DNA of 60,399 bases, filler included, from Dugesia japonica (lineage: Eukaryota): assembly GCA_001938525.1 (NCBI GenBank). It is 6 parts of 6 records of this genome, joined end to end, with 100 filler letters (N's around TTAATTAATTAA, not from the genome) between each part and the next. Parts side by side here need not be neighbours in the genome. Positions count along the whole stretch, not along the records: positions 1 to 8,404 come from MQRL01613057.1; positions 8,505 to 20,028 come from MQRL01591644.1; 4 more parts are not named here. The stretch is one strand, 5' to 3'. Positions 1 to 12,525 of the stretch are shown piece after piece. The notes beneath the pieces are model-generated. The model did not search any database, had not been told where the DNA came from, and saw only the letters and a list, made by a program, of their open reading frames with translations. The position numbers were made by a program, and so were the translations under genes. Positions within the stretch are counted from its first letter, which is position 1; each line of letters begins with the position of its first letter.

Positions 1-123
1 TCAATCTTATGATGAACTCCAAAATGAAGAATATTATGAAGTCGAATATTCTGACATTTTATTCGAGGTATGCATTAATTCAATTCGCAATGTTACACGA
101 TTTTTCAAGCGTTACTTGTAAGC

Positions 124-379
124 CAGGGGTGGGCATATTTTGTGGTTTTCAAGTGATATTGAAAAATCAAAATTTTCAATATTTTTTCTAGTCATTTTAT
201 TTTTTACTGTTTTAAAATAGAAAAGCATACTAAATAAATGAAATTGCCAAGTGTTATTTAATATATTTAAATATATGCATTAATACAAAATTTCACATCT
301 TACATTTGAAGTTTGGCTCTCAAAAAAAAAAATAATTCAATTATTGACTCTTTAGTTTACTATTTATTGCACACTCCTG
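124..379. mobile_element. Non-autonomous hAT-type MITE
   Basis: Termini CAGGGGTGGGCA / TGCACACTCCTG match at 10/12 positions as an inverted repeat. The 8-bp flanks TTGTAAGC / CTGTAGGC (6/8, central TA) resemble a hAT target-site duplication. Confidence 0.6.
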
Positions 380-481
380 CTGTAGGCAATACAATTTTGG
401 GGCTTGATTTTAGTTTAATTTCAGTTTAAATATTATACAACAAAATGATAATAAATTCCATATTTTCGTCACATACTTTAG

Positions 482-767
482 CAGTCGTAGATCTCGACTA
501 AGCGTCTCAACCTTTTTTTGTTATGGCACACTTTAAACGTTTTCAAAATTTGGCGGCACACAAAGAACAAGATAAGTTCAACAATTATTTACTTACCTAT
601 AACACACTGCGTAAAATAGTTTATGATAATGATTTGAAATGTGCAAAATGAAATAATATGTACGTTTATTAATGGATTAATTACAAGTTAATAATAAGAA
701 TACTTTTAATGCGAAAATTTGACGGCACACTTTTAGAATTTCGGGACGCAGTGGTTGAGAATGACTG
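482..767. mobile_element. Probable non-autonomous hAT (Charlie/Buster-like) element
   Basis: Right end GGTTGAGAATGACTG is followed by GTCTAGAG. Left end CAGTCG...TCTCAACC is interrupted. Internal GGCACAC repeats are present. The TSD match is poor. Confidence 0.4.
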
Positions 768-799
768 GTCTAGAGCGCTATGATTTCGTTTTTGCTANA

Positions 800-955
800 C
801 AACTGCGAACATACATTTTGGGATCAAGAAGAAGTGAGTGGAGGACCAACAAGTTTTATAAAGAGCAAATTTCAGAGAGTTCTAGTCAATACAATCGATC
901 GTGTTGGTGTAAATTCATGGCTGAAAATATTCACTCACATTCGGCACTTGAAATT
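800..955 (-). pseudogene. hAT transposase C-terminal (dimerisation) remnant
   Basis: Minus strand reads ISSAECE*IFSAMNL and, after a frameshift, NLLFIKLVGPPL, typical of ZNF862/KIAA1586-like hAT transposases. Confidence 0.65.
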
Positions 956-1078
956 CTTTATAATTACAAGAATTATTGCGAGAATATTTGTTGGACAGGT
1001 AACCATTGATCGCATTTGAGGTTATTTCATTAAAATAAAGAAAAAGCTTCGATCAAAATAAAATGTATTTGTAAAAAG

Positions 1079-1117
1079 GTTCAAATTTTCGAGAAAAAAC
1101 TTGTCTTCTTCAGGAAC
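1079..1117 (-). ncRNA. Minimal type I hammerhead ribozyme motif (stem II imperfect)
   Basis: GTTC CTGAAGA AGACAAGTTTTTTCTC GAAA ATTT GAAC, with stem I GTTC/GAAC. It is an inverted copy of the 1224-1257 motif. Confidence 0.5.
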
Positions 1118-1223
1118 ATGACGACTTCTTGATTGATTTATTTATCAGAAATAGAAATCTGATAAAATCTAAAGAATTGAGTAACAAAGATCTATTGTTT
1201 GGAATCAATCGAGAAGTCGTCGT

Positions 1224-1257
1224 GTTCCTGAGGAAGATTTTTGTCGAAAATTTGAAC
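1224..1257 (+). ncRNA. Minimal type I hammerhead ribozyme motif
   Basis: GTTC CTGAGGA A GAT-TTTT-GTC GAAA ATTT GAAC: CUGANGA and GAAA core, 3-bp stem II, stem I GTTC/GAAC, and a palindrome in place of stem III. Confidence 0.6.
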
Positions 1258-1504
1258 TTTTTTACAAATACNNNNNNNNNNNNNNNNNNNNNNNNNNNNN
1301 NNNNNNNNNNNNNNNNNNNNNNNNNNNNNNNNNNNNNNNNNNNNNNNNNNNNNNNNNNNNNNNNNNNNNNNNNNNNNNNNNNNCGTATCTATGAATATTC
1401 GAACATCTGTCATTGTGTTGAAATGTCGCTTAATGGTAAACTTATTGGTAAAGTGTGTGTGTGTGTTTGCAGAAATCACAGAACTCGTTGATGTTAACAC
1501 GTTT

Positions 1505-1700
1505 AGAAAAGAATGTCTTTTTTCGAAGTAACCTTAGAAAGAACAAACTACTTAGAATTGATTTTCAATGTTTAACTCACAGATAAACCAACTTCAATGG
1601 ACTCAGAAAGAACCGGAAAAATTTTGCAATAGAATTAAGAGTCGTCTTGGAGATGAGACGAAAAATGCTTTAGTATTTCTAAAATACTTTTTTCTTTCAG
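1505..1700 (+). pseudogene. hAT transposase C-terminal remnant (second family)
   Basis: Frameshifted translation ..FEVTLERTNYLELIFNV..KPTSMDSER..NRIKSRLGDETKNALVFLKYFF matches the hAT dimerisation motif PTSxxSERxFS...RxRL. Confidence 0.6.
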
Positions 1701-2782
1701 ATCGGAAAATCCGTAAAACCGGTTTTACAAGAAACTCCTGATAACACTGCGTGAAAGCAATCACTTGGTGTCAATAAATTGGTGTTTTCCACATTCATTT
1801 TCGTCATTAAGTGTNATATACCGCTAGAATCGGACGAAACATGGTAGACGGTTTNGAATTGGAGTAGAACCAAAGTTATAAGAGATTTTCAATAAAATAA
1901 ACGGAACCAGAATCAAGGAAGCCAAGGTATATCGTTACGTAACGTTTGGGCGTTCAGTGTTAAAAGGGTTCATTTAATTGAAAATTTTCGTTCTTTTTTC
2001 AATTTTATGAACTTATTCAAAGAGCACATTATCGATTTCAGTGGTTTTTGGTGTCATCATAATACTTGCCGCCCGCTTTATCTGGAAGAGCTCTCGTTAC
2101 TCCCTGAGATTAAAAAGGTAAGACACTTCTGCTCTATGGGATTCAATTCGAGAGATAATGAAAGGTGAGGAAAAGGAAATCCATTGCATTCAAAACTATT
2201 GGTGAATGATGAAAACGAACATTAACTGATGATTTTTTCCAAAATAAATTTAATTTGGTAATGAAACGGTAACAAAAACAACAAACAGAGCTTGTGTATC
2301 CAAATAATTTTTGACATTTATATTAAAATAAATTCAATTTATCAATAAATTCAATTATCAACAACCAATAATATTAGGATTAAAATTTGATTGGTTAAGT
2401 TTTTTATATGTATTAAATTTGCATAAAATTTTTATAATAAATTCAATTAGATTTGTTAAATATACAGAAAAAATCGACTGAAAATATGCGTTAAAAACTT
2501 TCTTCCTAGAAACACAATACTTTCATGATTTTGTGTAAGCATTTCAAATAAATGATTAAATAGATTAAAAATTGGAAATTATTGAAACTACATTCCAAAA
2601 ATGGAAAAATCAAAAATTATCTTTCATTTTATATGAAGAATTATCAGTAAAATTATTAGAATTACTTGATAATATTAAAATAATTTTCATTATTATAATT
2701 GATTTTGGAAATTGTAATATATCTTACCATACAATTGTCATAAATAATAAATTAGCAACTTCAAAAATATTAATTTGCTTAC

Positions 2783-3206
2783 AATTATTTTAGATAATGG
2801 CATATCACCACAGGAATTGAATTTTTTCAAATATTTTTCCAGATCAAAATCACCTAACTCAAAAACTAAGTCCATGCACATTTTACCATCGATTTTATTC
2901 AGTACAACATCAAAAAGTCTAAATTTGCGTAAATAAATTAAATAGAAATAAAATTCACTTGACTATGTTTCTATTGTCATACAAATTTAATTTTTTTAAT
3001 GCGCATAATTCTCTGTGAGTACTTAAAGGGATATTATTATTACCATCCTTATCTGTGATAAAAATTCGTTTTAGAGCGATATTTACCCCATCATCTTCAC
3101 GTAAACCTTTATAGACAACACCATATGCGCCAGATCCTATTTCTTCAGATAAGCGATATTTTGTTATAGGAGGTAATAAGAAATTTGTAATACTAGAATT
3201 TGACAT
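2783..3206 (-). CDS. CDK4/6-like cyclin-dependent kinase, first two exons (3206-2959, 2918-2783); remainder not found
   Basis: Contains IGSGAYGVVYK, IALK and PLSTHRE (PLSTIRE-like). A 40-nt GT-AG intron (2958-2919) splices in frame to KLFDVV...LVFELGDFDLEKYL. The next donor, GTAAGC, is at 2782. Confidence 0.8.
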
Positions 3207-3667
3207 GAAATATTTAAAATTTTGTCAATTCAAAAAATTGCTAAATATTTATTATTAAAACTAATTATGCTTCATAATTGAAATTCAATAAATTAAATTT
3301 GAAAAATTATTTCAATAAATTTATTTAATCTTTAACTTCACTTAATATCATTAAATGAAGATTCTAATGCAGTAGCTTAGACATGGAAAAATAATACTCT
3401 GATAATTATTGAAAAACCAATATAATTAACTTCAGCTTAAATGTTCTAATTAAAATCAATTATTTGAAAAATAATATATTAAAAAAAGCGTAATTTTCGA
3501 AAAATTTGTTGTAATTGTATTCTTTACTTCTTTAAAACTCTTGCAAATTCGTCGAAATATTGTGAAAATATTATCGAAATACAAAAGAATGACTTATTGT
3601 TAACTCAAATTGCTACAATTTACTATAAGATTGTTTAAATAATCTCATTTTTTTTGTTAAATTTATC

Positions 3668-4050
3668 ATGCGAATTAAATTTAGATATATATGTTGTCGA
3701 CTAACTAGTGCATCTTATAAAAGTTATGATATTGTTCAAGCTATACATTTATCGGTTAAGCAAATGTTTGGGTTATTTGGAGACGGAAAACTCCTTCACA
3801 GATTTAAAGTTGTATATTGTAACGAAGAAACAAAATTAATCGTATTTCGTGTATTAAGTGATTCTAAGAAGAAATTTTTGTACGCTTTAACAATGCTGAA
3901 AAAAATATCTGGTAACAAATAATTTTCACTGAGAACTTAATATTAAATTTTATAGACAAACCAGCAGTATTCGATGTTGTTGCAATTAGCGGCAGTCAGC
4001 GCGGTGTCCAGAAACAAATTCTTGATTGTTATAAGACAACCTTTTATTAA
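3668..4050 (+). CDS. POP5: RNase P/MRP protein subunit POP5 (Rpp14/Pop5 family), 2 exons
   Basis: N-terminus MRIKFRYI and FGLFG motif. A 44-nt intron (3912-3955) joins to DKPAVFDVVAISGSQRGVQKQI (the family's SG motif). Stop at 4048-4050. RPP14 is not strictly excluded. Confidence 0.75.
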
Positions 4051-4369
4051 ATAAAGATTTTAATTTATTCATTAATTTCAATATATTATTTCACATTACT
4101 TACATCTAANATTTGTCACCAAGTTAAATCAAGTCAACTTAAACTCTCAAAACTTTAATTGAATTGTTCTACATTTACGGGCTAATTTGAATTAATATAC
4201 ATCTAATAAGGGACGAGTGTGAATACAACATAAACTATAACAAATAATTCCCATAAAAATAACTACTTAATTTATCGACGAACTAACATAACAAACGCAG
4301 ATTGAAATGTATATTTTGAAAGCTGTTGAATTTAAATAAATTAAAATAAAAAATTTTTCTGTGAATGTA

Positions 4370-5095
4370 TTAGGATGTTTTGGGCTTTTTATTTGGAATG
4401 CAATCTAAATTATAATTGAATTTTCGTTTACAATAGTTAATCTCCATCTCTGTATCTACACTTGAATGGATAATTTTTTTAAAATTACTACAAGCACTAC
4501 AGGACATATTTGAGGAATTTTCCATTCTAAATTTAGTAGGTGAATTAGATGTATCTCCTTTTAAACGAACACTTGCATAATGCTCATTGTTGTGATAAGA
4601 TATATGGAATTCTCTTGAACACCCGTGAGATTCATTACCTGATATTGTCATAGTTGGTCGATTTAATTGATGAATTACAATATTTACTGAAAATAGCTTT
4701 GCAAAACCAACTATCGCATCATTTCCAGCATATGTTCCAGGTAATTTCAAACTTTTAACATAATCATCAAAATTACATTTATCCAGCAAAAATGGCTCAA
4801 AATCTTCTCTGTTGGACTCAATATACTCACAAACCTTTTCACGATAATACAAATGATTTTCAGATTGTCCATCCATTTGATCTGCTAAAGATCGGAACAA
4901 ACAATTTCCATCGCCTATTATATCACGAATTTCCAGCCCCAATTTACTTAACTGATTTTGAAAAGCTGGTGTATTTTTGTCTGTTTCTAGATATGATTTA
5001 GATTCATCTTTTTCTGATAATGCCCCGCCTCTAGAGGGTTTAAAATTGCAATGCATTGGTTGACCATTCACATTGAATGAACTTTTGTGGCACAT
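4370..5095 (-). CDS. OTU-domain deubiquitinase, OTUD3-like
   Basis: Catalytic Cys loop GDGNCLFRSLADQ, REDFEPF, GTYAGNDAIV and His box HISYHNNEHYASVR. Confidence 0.88.
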   Translation of the reverse strand: MCHKSSFNVNGQPMHCNFKPSRGGALSEKDESKSYLETDKNTPAFQNQLSKLGLEIRDIIGDGNCLFRSLADQMDGQSENHLYYREKVCEYIESNREDFEPFLLDKCNFDDYVKSLKLPGTYAGNDAIVGFAKLFSVNIVIHQLNRPTMTISGNESHGCSREFHISYHNNEHYASVRLKGDTSNSPTKFRMENSSNMSCSACSNFKKIIHSSVDTEMEINYCKRKFNYNLDCIPNKKPKTS

Positions 5096-5899
5096 TCAAA
5101 TATATTTAAAATACCACATTATAAATTTATTTGAACAAATAATTAAAGCATAGTAAATAAGATTATTTAAAAATTGTAAATTCAATAGAAATTTTACTTA
5201 AAATTTATTAATAAAAAGGTATATTATTGTTCTTAAAATCGTGTTCACATTTTTATTTAGAATTTCATTTTCCTTCATTTAATAATTTTCAATTTATTTT
5301 TCTATTAGTATCTTAAAATTTTATTAATTTAATTCCTTTGAAGAATTGTATTGAGAAAAAATAAATTACTGAAGTAGAAATTAGAGTTCTATAGTTTCAA
5401 TGAAAACAAACACTTTAACATAAAGCTGATATCAAAATAAAATTTAGAGTGCAATTTATACAATTGCAATTAGATATTATTTATTTAAACTTATCTTACA
5501 ACACAATGTAAATTTTCTTATTTGACTATTTTTTACTCTTTTACTCCTATTTTTGTTTTCTTCATTTGATAATTTATTTGAATAATAAACTGAACTCGTT
5601 GATCTGATCTCTCTTTTAAAATTTTTTCCCGAAATAGCTTTTTTCCTTTGAAATTAGGTTTCTCAATTTTTATTGTTCATTTTAACTGCTTGGAATATGT
5701 TTTCGGAAAAAATACTTTGCCACTATTGTTNNNNNNNNNNNNNNNNNNNNNNNNNNNNNNNNNNNNNNNNNNNNNNNNNNNNNNNNNNNNNNNNATGATT
5801 TTTGGGACTTCCAATATTTGTAATCAACTGCTCAGAAATTCTTCGGACGATGGTATTGCTATTTCTAACGAGTAATGTCTTTCCGGTTAATCACAATTG

Positions 5900-6150
5900 A
5901 AACAAAATTTGGGTTTCACAAAGGTCATGATTTGTGTCTAGTGGAGTTAATATGATGTTGTTTACTTCGAACTAGTTATCAATGAGGAACTCTGATGACA
6001 GCAATTTGACCGTGTTTCAGATGAATTGGTTGAAAAATTATCCTACTTTATTTCGATGAAATCGCCTTTGTTTCGCCTGAACTACGACAAGGAGAAATTT
6101 GAAAAGTTAGACGATGTTAAGGCTTTACTACATTAACCATGCAGCCCAGA
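5900..6150 (+). pseudogene. mariner transposase catalytic-domain remnant
   Basis: Degenerate KVMICV..YFEL..QQFDRV..LLH*PCSPD (HPPYSPD-like) running into an N gap. Confidence 0.5.
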
Positions 6151-6343
6151 NNNNNNNNNNNNNNNNNNNNNNNNNNNNNNNNNNNNNNNNNNNNNNNNNN
6201 NNNNNNNNNNNNNNNNNNNNNNNNNNNNNNNNNNNNNNNNNNNNNNNNNNNNNNNNNNNNNNNNNNNNNNNNNNNNNNNNNNNNNNNNNNNCACTCATCC
6301 TTTGTTCATATCTCTCTTAGACGACAGAACTAATATTTAATTA

Positions 6344-6905
6344 TTAGGTAGTTGCATTATTTCTTGCTGTTTGTTTTAATTAACAAACTTATTAAATATT
6401 TCAGCGATAATTTAAATCGATCGGTAATATTTGTTAAGTATTAATATTTAAATGTTAAAATAATGGTATATTATTTAGTTAAGTTGTACAGCAAACTAAA
6501 ACCGATCCATTTAATGTGAATATTTATTCCAAAAAACGCACATTTGTTTTCATCTCAAAAGAAGTGCTGTAGAAAGTCATATGATGCTTTCAGAAGCTTA
6601 TGGCAACCATGCTCTGTCTGAAACATGCTGCCGAGAATGGTTTCGGCAATTCAAAAAGAGTGACTTTAATTTACAGAATAAACAACGTCCAGGTCAACCA
6701 AAGCGCATTTCAGGTGAAGATTTGTTAAAGGTGTTGAACAAAAATCGATCTAAAACAATTTAAACAATGTCAGAAATCATTAATGTAAATAAATCTACCA
6801 TCAGCAGACGATTAAAAGCTATTGGATACAAACAGAAAGTCGGTAAATGATTGCCTTATCAATTGAAAGAAACAGATATCTCAAAACGATTAGACATTTG
6901 TCAGA
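6344..6905 (+). mobile_element. Truncated mariner element (left TIR plus HTH region of transposase)
   Basis: TA followed by TTAGGTAGTTGCATTATTTCTTGCTGTTT resembles a mariner TIR. ORF EAYGNHALSETCCREWFRQFKKSDFNLQNKQRPGQPKR continues past stops to STISRRLKAIG..GK*LPYQL (WVPHEL-like). Confidence 0.8.
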
Positions 6906-7194
6906 TCGATAGAAAACAAATGCACTAAATACTAATTACAGATCAATATAGAAAAAGACAATTTTTTAATAAAATAACTAAGCATTTTCATACAACACAC
7001 CCTATGCAGAAAATGTCCAGTTTTTAATTCTGAGTTTAACAATACTAAACTTAAAATTTTTTGATAACATTTGAACCAAAAGTCGAATTTTTGAACTTTT
7101 CGAGTCAAAATTCGACCATGTTTACTTATTCGTAACGACCAATCAAAATCCTACATTTCTAGGTCACTTAAATTGCTAGATCATTTTGCCGGTA

Positions 7195-7232
7195 AGGCGT
7201 GGGTTGATCCAGTGCTGACATATCTATCTACT
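7195..7232 (-). mobile_element. Polinton/Maverick-like terminus
   Basis: Reverse complement begins AGTAGATAGATATGTCAGCAC, matching the other AGTAG.. termini in the window. Confidence 0.45.
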
Positions 7233-7624
7233 TGCAAGTCAAATAATTTGGAACCGTCCACCTTAAAACTAAATTTTTGGTTTCATCAATATTATCATCA
7301 GGAAGACACTTGTATTTAAATTTTTTAAACGATATATATTTTAATTTAAATTCTCTGTAAAATGGTATCAAAAACTTGATGGTTGTAAAGGAAAAAGTTT
7401 TTAAAATTTTAAATCTTTGTAACTTTTCAACCTTATTTTTGATTAAAGTTTTAACAACACAATTGTGTTTGTTATCTCATTGCGCATCCAACAATAACAA
7501 GTTTGGTAACAAAACACGATTTTAAGTGGACTTTGACTCATTAAATTAATATGTCACATTTGCCGCCATTTTGATAGGGAAGAAAGTATTTTCATAAAAA
7601 TTGCATGTGTTGAAGTTTTTTATC

Positions 7625-8030
7625 TAGGTGGGTTGCTTATTTGTAATTAGGTCCAGGGTGGTTTGCCTAGTAAAACCCCGCGAAGAATTTAATCTAGTGT
7701 TCCCAAAAATCCACGTCTTCAGAATGGAGCTGTTGACTTGTAGCTCGTAGTTCGAGTGCGTGGTCGCATTTCTTTGGTTTGTATTCGTATTTTATAATTC
7801 CCGCTCGATTTTCGAGATAAACCTATTTCTTATCAATTATTATCTAATTAGTTTAAAGTTTATGAATCATTTATTAGATTTATTTTATTAGTTAGTTCAA
7901 TCTTAATTTATTTTAATTTTTACTAATTTCTGACTACAAAGGTTTAACTGAGTTAGTTTATTTGATTCTTGCCGTTTAATAATCAATACCTTATGAGGGT
8001 CTAGGACTGAATTTATTGTTATAAAAAACA
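7625..8030. repeat. Dispersed repeat, copy 1 (possible solo LTR); homologous to 55603-56070
   Basis: Shares AGGGTGGT..GTAAAACCCCG.GAAGAATTT.ATCTAG..CCCAAAAATC..GAATGGAGC..GAGTGC..CTTTGGTTT with the copy on another scaffold. Confidence 0.65.
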
Positions 8031-8404
8031 AAAGAATTTAACAAGTGAAAAAACATATTAAAAATGTCAGATTTCACTAGGATATATTAATTTAACAATT
8101 ATGATAAGTAATACAACTAACGTGACATGAATCCCGATCCGGAGCAAATATGACACTTGAATTGACGCCATTTTGGTAACCATTAACGACTCAAGGGGTC
8201 CTTCATAATTTTCCATATTTAAGTCAGAAATCCTTGTTCCAAAATCCAAATAGCGAAATAATTACCTTTTGTAATATCAGAGATTTCTGTTCGATTTTAC
8301 TATTTTTATTGACCTTTTGCTATGAAATTTCATCAATGTTTATACTGTTTTCCTAATACACCCTCGTTCATTTTATTCTTTGAACTTCATTTTTTGCATT
8401 TTTA

Positions 8405-8504
8405 NNNNNNNNNNNNNNNNNNNNNNNNNNNNNNNNNNNNNNNNNNNNTTAATTAATTAANNNNNNNNNNNNNNNNNNNNNNNNNNNNNNNNNNNNNNNN
8501 NNNN
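8405..8504. other. Artificial scaffold spacer N44-TTAATTAATTAA-N44
   Basis: An identical 100-nt spacer with stops in all six frames occurs five times. Confidence 0.97.
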
Positions 8505-8564
8505 ATGTTGCTTCATCAACTTTATTTATCGGTTCTTCGCCTGGTAAAGGATTACTATTTTCAT

Positions 8565-9725
8565 CTAATCTTGTATTTTGTATTTTGCTTTAAAATCCGT
8601 ATCTTTTGTACAATGTAATGTTACGTCAACATTATTAATTGATAATTTATCATCTTGTGCAGATACATCAATACAATAGATCGGATATAAATTTTTATAA
8701 TCTTGTAAACTTAGTTGCGGTTTTGATTTAAAATCTTTACAACATTTAACATATGAATAATATGGAAACAATACTTCATTATTCGTTTCATTGAATTCCA
8801 TTCGATTAATTGGATAATAAGAATTATTTAATTGAATTTGAATTGTTTTTAAAATATTTGTTCCTGATTTCATTAAAAATAAATTATTATTCTTTTGAAA
8901 AGAAATATTTTTAGGCCTATAGGCTAAAGTAGAACCAGCACCCATTTCAATAACTGAACAAATTCTATTTAAATAATTTACAAATATTGATTTATTTGAA
9001 TTTAATCTTTCTAATAATGCCACTTCTGATCTCGGATTTAATGTCCATTCAGGAATGTGAAGTTCGAAAGTTGTTAATTTTAATTTTGCTGTTGTATCGT
9101 CTGCGCCGTAAAATAACATTTTATCTACTAATTGTCTGTTGCAAATTAATTCGATAAACACATTATGAATCACTCTATCATAATTTTGTAAAAATCCAAA
9201 TNNNNNNNNNNNNNNNNNNNNNNNNNNNNNNNNNNNNNNNNNNNNNNNNNNCAAATTCTATTTAAATAATTTACGAATATTGATTTATTTGAATTTAATC
9301 TTTCTAATAATGCCACTTCTGATCTTGGATTTAATGCCGATTCGGGAATGTGTAGCTCGAATGTTGTTAATTTTAATTTTGCTGTTGTAGCGGCTGCGCC
9401 GTTTTATTTTTCTAATTTTATCTTCTAATTGCCTGTTGCAAATNAATTCGATAAACACATTATGAATCANTCNANCNTAATTTTGTAAAAATCCAAATAA
9501 ATATTTTAAATCGAAATAACCTTCGTATTTCTTCGATCCATATAATAATTTTCTTCTGTAATATCCTAAATTTATATCTTCACCGGTAACATCATTAATT
9601 CCTTTACTATTATCTGGAATCCATCCTGTCATTTCCCCAAATTATTTTTTATAATCATCATCAGTAAAAATAAGATTTAACATTGTTGAATAAATTCCTG
9701 GATTTAAGACATTTTCTACTTTTTT
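8565..9725 (-). pseudogene. Polinton/adintovirus major capsid protein (fragmented; about 245 bp duplicated across the N gap)
   Basis: VENVLNPGIYSTML..GWIPD..FDLKYLFGF..IQIQLNNSYYP..LYPIYCIDVSAQD resembles Polinton MCP motifs. Segments 8959-9201 and 9252-9498 are diverged duplicates. Confidence 0.7.
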
Positions 9726-9881
9726 CTACATTTTCTATAACGATATAACAATTTAAATAAAATCATTACAATAAACATTGCAATGAAATTAACTTATTAT
9801 TATACTAAAAATGTTGATAATATTATTAGTGTTTAAATCATTACAATAAACATTGTAATAGATAAAAATTGTAATTATTGA

Positions 9882-11195
9882 TTGATAACGACATGTACAC
9901 CTTTTTTGAAGATGGAATTAGATGTGGACTCACCTTTATCAACAAAAACCATGTTTTTTTTAGATGAAAACACCGAGTTGTTATACATCGATATAAATAA
10001 CCTGTATGGTTGGGCTTTGAGCCAGAAGTTACCATACAAAGATTTTGAATGGGTATATTGTGGATTAGAAGAAGTTTTTGAAGAATGTAAATATGCAGAT
10101 CTCAAGTCGTTACAAAATAGATACACTCTAGAAGTTGATATTGAGATTCCCAACAAACTTCACGATTACCTCAGTGACTTACCCATTGCAGCCAAACATC
10201 AATGTGCTCCAGGAAGCAAGGTCAAGAAATTAATGTTGACTCATTATTCAAAGTTCAATTACGTATTACACTGGAGATTACTGCAAATGTACTTGCAATT
10301 AAGCGTGCAAGTTACAAATGTTCACAGGGCAGTGAGATTTTCACATGATCATATTTTCAAGCAATACATCGATGAAAACACTAATTTAAGAGCTGAAAGT
10401 GTGAATGAATTGGATAAAAATTACTATAAGCTCATGAACAACAGCTTGAATGGCAAATCAGTTGAAAATCTTAAGAAACGAATAAACCTGTGAATATGTA
10501 ATTCAGCAAAAATGTTAGTGACCTATACCTCAAAACCAAATAGAACCATTAATATCGATAAAGATTTAATAGCGGTACAACTAAATAAAGACATTGTGTG
10601 TCTCAAAAGACCAAGTTAAAAAGGACAGACAATTCTCGATTTAAGCAAATTACGAATGTATCGTCTTCAATACATTGAGCTAGAGAAGTATAAGAAACAA
10701 GAAAATTGTGAGATAGGAATAGGAGCTGGGGATACTGATAGCTTTTTCTTAGAAGTTAGGAACATTAGGTTGTAAAAGTTATTACCACTGATGGTAAAAG
10801 ACCCACTATTAGATACTTCAAATTACTCGCCAGACCACATTCTTTTTAACATGGAACTTAATTCGGTTGTAGGAAAGTTTAAGGAAGAAAATAAAGGAAG
10901 GAAATATAAAGAATGGGTTTTCCTCAGACCAAAGTGTTATGGCTTACTTAGCGAGAAGGAATCGATGAAGGCTAAGGGTATAACATTAAAAGGTACTGAT
11001 ATTAATCATCAATCATACCTCGATTGTTACAATTACAGTAAGCCGGTCTCAGTTAAACAATTTAGAATAGGAACGAAAAACCACCAACTGTATAGTTTTT
11101 TAGGACCAAAAGTCGCATTAACCAATAATGACGACAAAAGATTAAGGACTGACAAAAATATAAGCTTACCATACAGACATTATTCTATCTCGTAA
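9882..11195 (+). pseudogene. Protein-primed family B DNA polymerase (Polinton pPolB) C-terminal half, copy 1
   Basis: Motif A YIDINNLYGWALS, motif B YKLMNNSLNGKSVEN, motif C GDTDSFF (about 10728-10750), VVGKFKEE, LRPKCY, KAKG and DDKR. Interrupted by stops and frameshifts. Confidence 0.9.
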
Positions 11196-11419
11196 TAAAT
11201 AAGACTCAAATGAAAAGAAGCACATTTACAGGTAATTTATTTTGATATTTAACTAATTAATTTGTACTATTAAGATCTAATTTACAATGATGATTCAGAT
11301 TTAAATAACTGTACACAATGACTGATTATCTGTGTTTTATCAACAATAAATTTTATGTTTTGATTAGTCTTTTCATTTGTCTTTTATATATTATTATTAA
11401 TATTGTCTAAGAAGTATCT

Positions 11420-11870
11420 AATCTTAATATTGTCCGGGGGAAATTCACTTCAAAATTTAAAAATTTTAACAAAAAAGGTTTTACCATCAATCTTCTGTGA
11501 AAAATACATGAAAATCATTAAATCAGTTAATTTAAATAAAAATCTCAAAAATCTGTAAATTTAAAGCAATCATAAAAATCAATTAATTTAAACAAAAATC
11601 CTTAATTTCACTTAATTTAAACAAAAACAAATGACCTTAACTTTAAAACCCTACGATGACCTCATCAGAACACAACGATGACTCATCAGAAATCGAGACC
11701 AGTTGACCTTGACCTTAAAAATTTCAACCAATCAAAACTTGACCTTAAAATTTCATCCAATCAAAAACTTTAAAAACGTGTGTTTGGCCAATAAAAACGT
11801 TAAAAATTGGACCCAGTTAAAATTTTCTTTTGGGGGGAAGGGGTGGCCCGTGTGCTACTATCCATCTACT
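11420..11870 (-). mobile_element. Polinton terminal region downstream of pPolB copy 1
   Basis: Short subterminal repeats (TTGACCTT, CCAATCAAAA), a G-run, and an end at GCTACTATCCATCTACT (reverse complement AGTAGATGGATAGTAGCAC). Confidence 0.6.
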
Positions 11871-12525
11871 TTAGTTAGTTCTAACGGATACTTATGAATT
11901 CAGTTGTAATTTCTATATTAATGTAATTATTCGGTTTTCAGTTTAATTTAACGGATATTAATCAGGTTATTATATTATTGATTTTCTAAAATTTTTATAG
12001 AAAATTGAATAACCTTATAAAAATAGAAATTGTAATAAATAAATTTTGTAAATTTTCTAAAAATAGAAAACTTTACCAGTAAACTTTATAAATATTTATA
12101 ATTTTCTATGAATCATTGTAATGTGCATCCATACCTCTCTAGTATAAATAGAGAGCTTAATTTCATTTTTATTACCCTCATTTTATATTCTTTTATAAGG
12201 TCTAAAACTTCTTAAGTTGCAGACCAAAGAATAAAAATATTAATTTGAGAAACTTTGTAAATTATTGTTGAACTTTAATAAAACCTTTAAAGTAATTACT
12301 TTATTTATTTGCATAAGGAATACTTTATAGTATATTTATACGATATTGCTATATTTATATTAATCATATTTAGAAAAGTCATATATAAAATATATTCGGA
12401 TTTCATATTCAAATTTCTTATGAAACTAAACTCACAATCGTGTTGATTTGCCTTTGCAAAATCCCAAAGACATCTCAACACCTTAGAGTAATTTTGAAAA
12501 AGCCACAAAAGAGGTTATTGATTAC

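Noticed and set aside
8067-8300. Gag zinc-knuckle remnant (CHICSGSG..) on the minus strand
   Set aside because: Only a partial, mutated motif; too little to call.
8959-9498. Real internal duplication in the capsid protein
   Set aside because: The two copies flank an N gap and most likely come from two paralogous elements or haplotypes joined during scaffolding.
11654-11693. Two CTGATGAG motifs on the minus strand as hammerhead cores
   Set aside because: No stem II plus GAAA follows. They are better explained as Polinton subterminal repeats.
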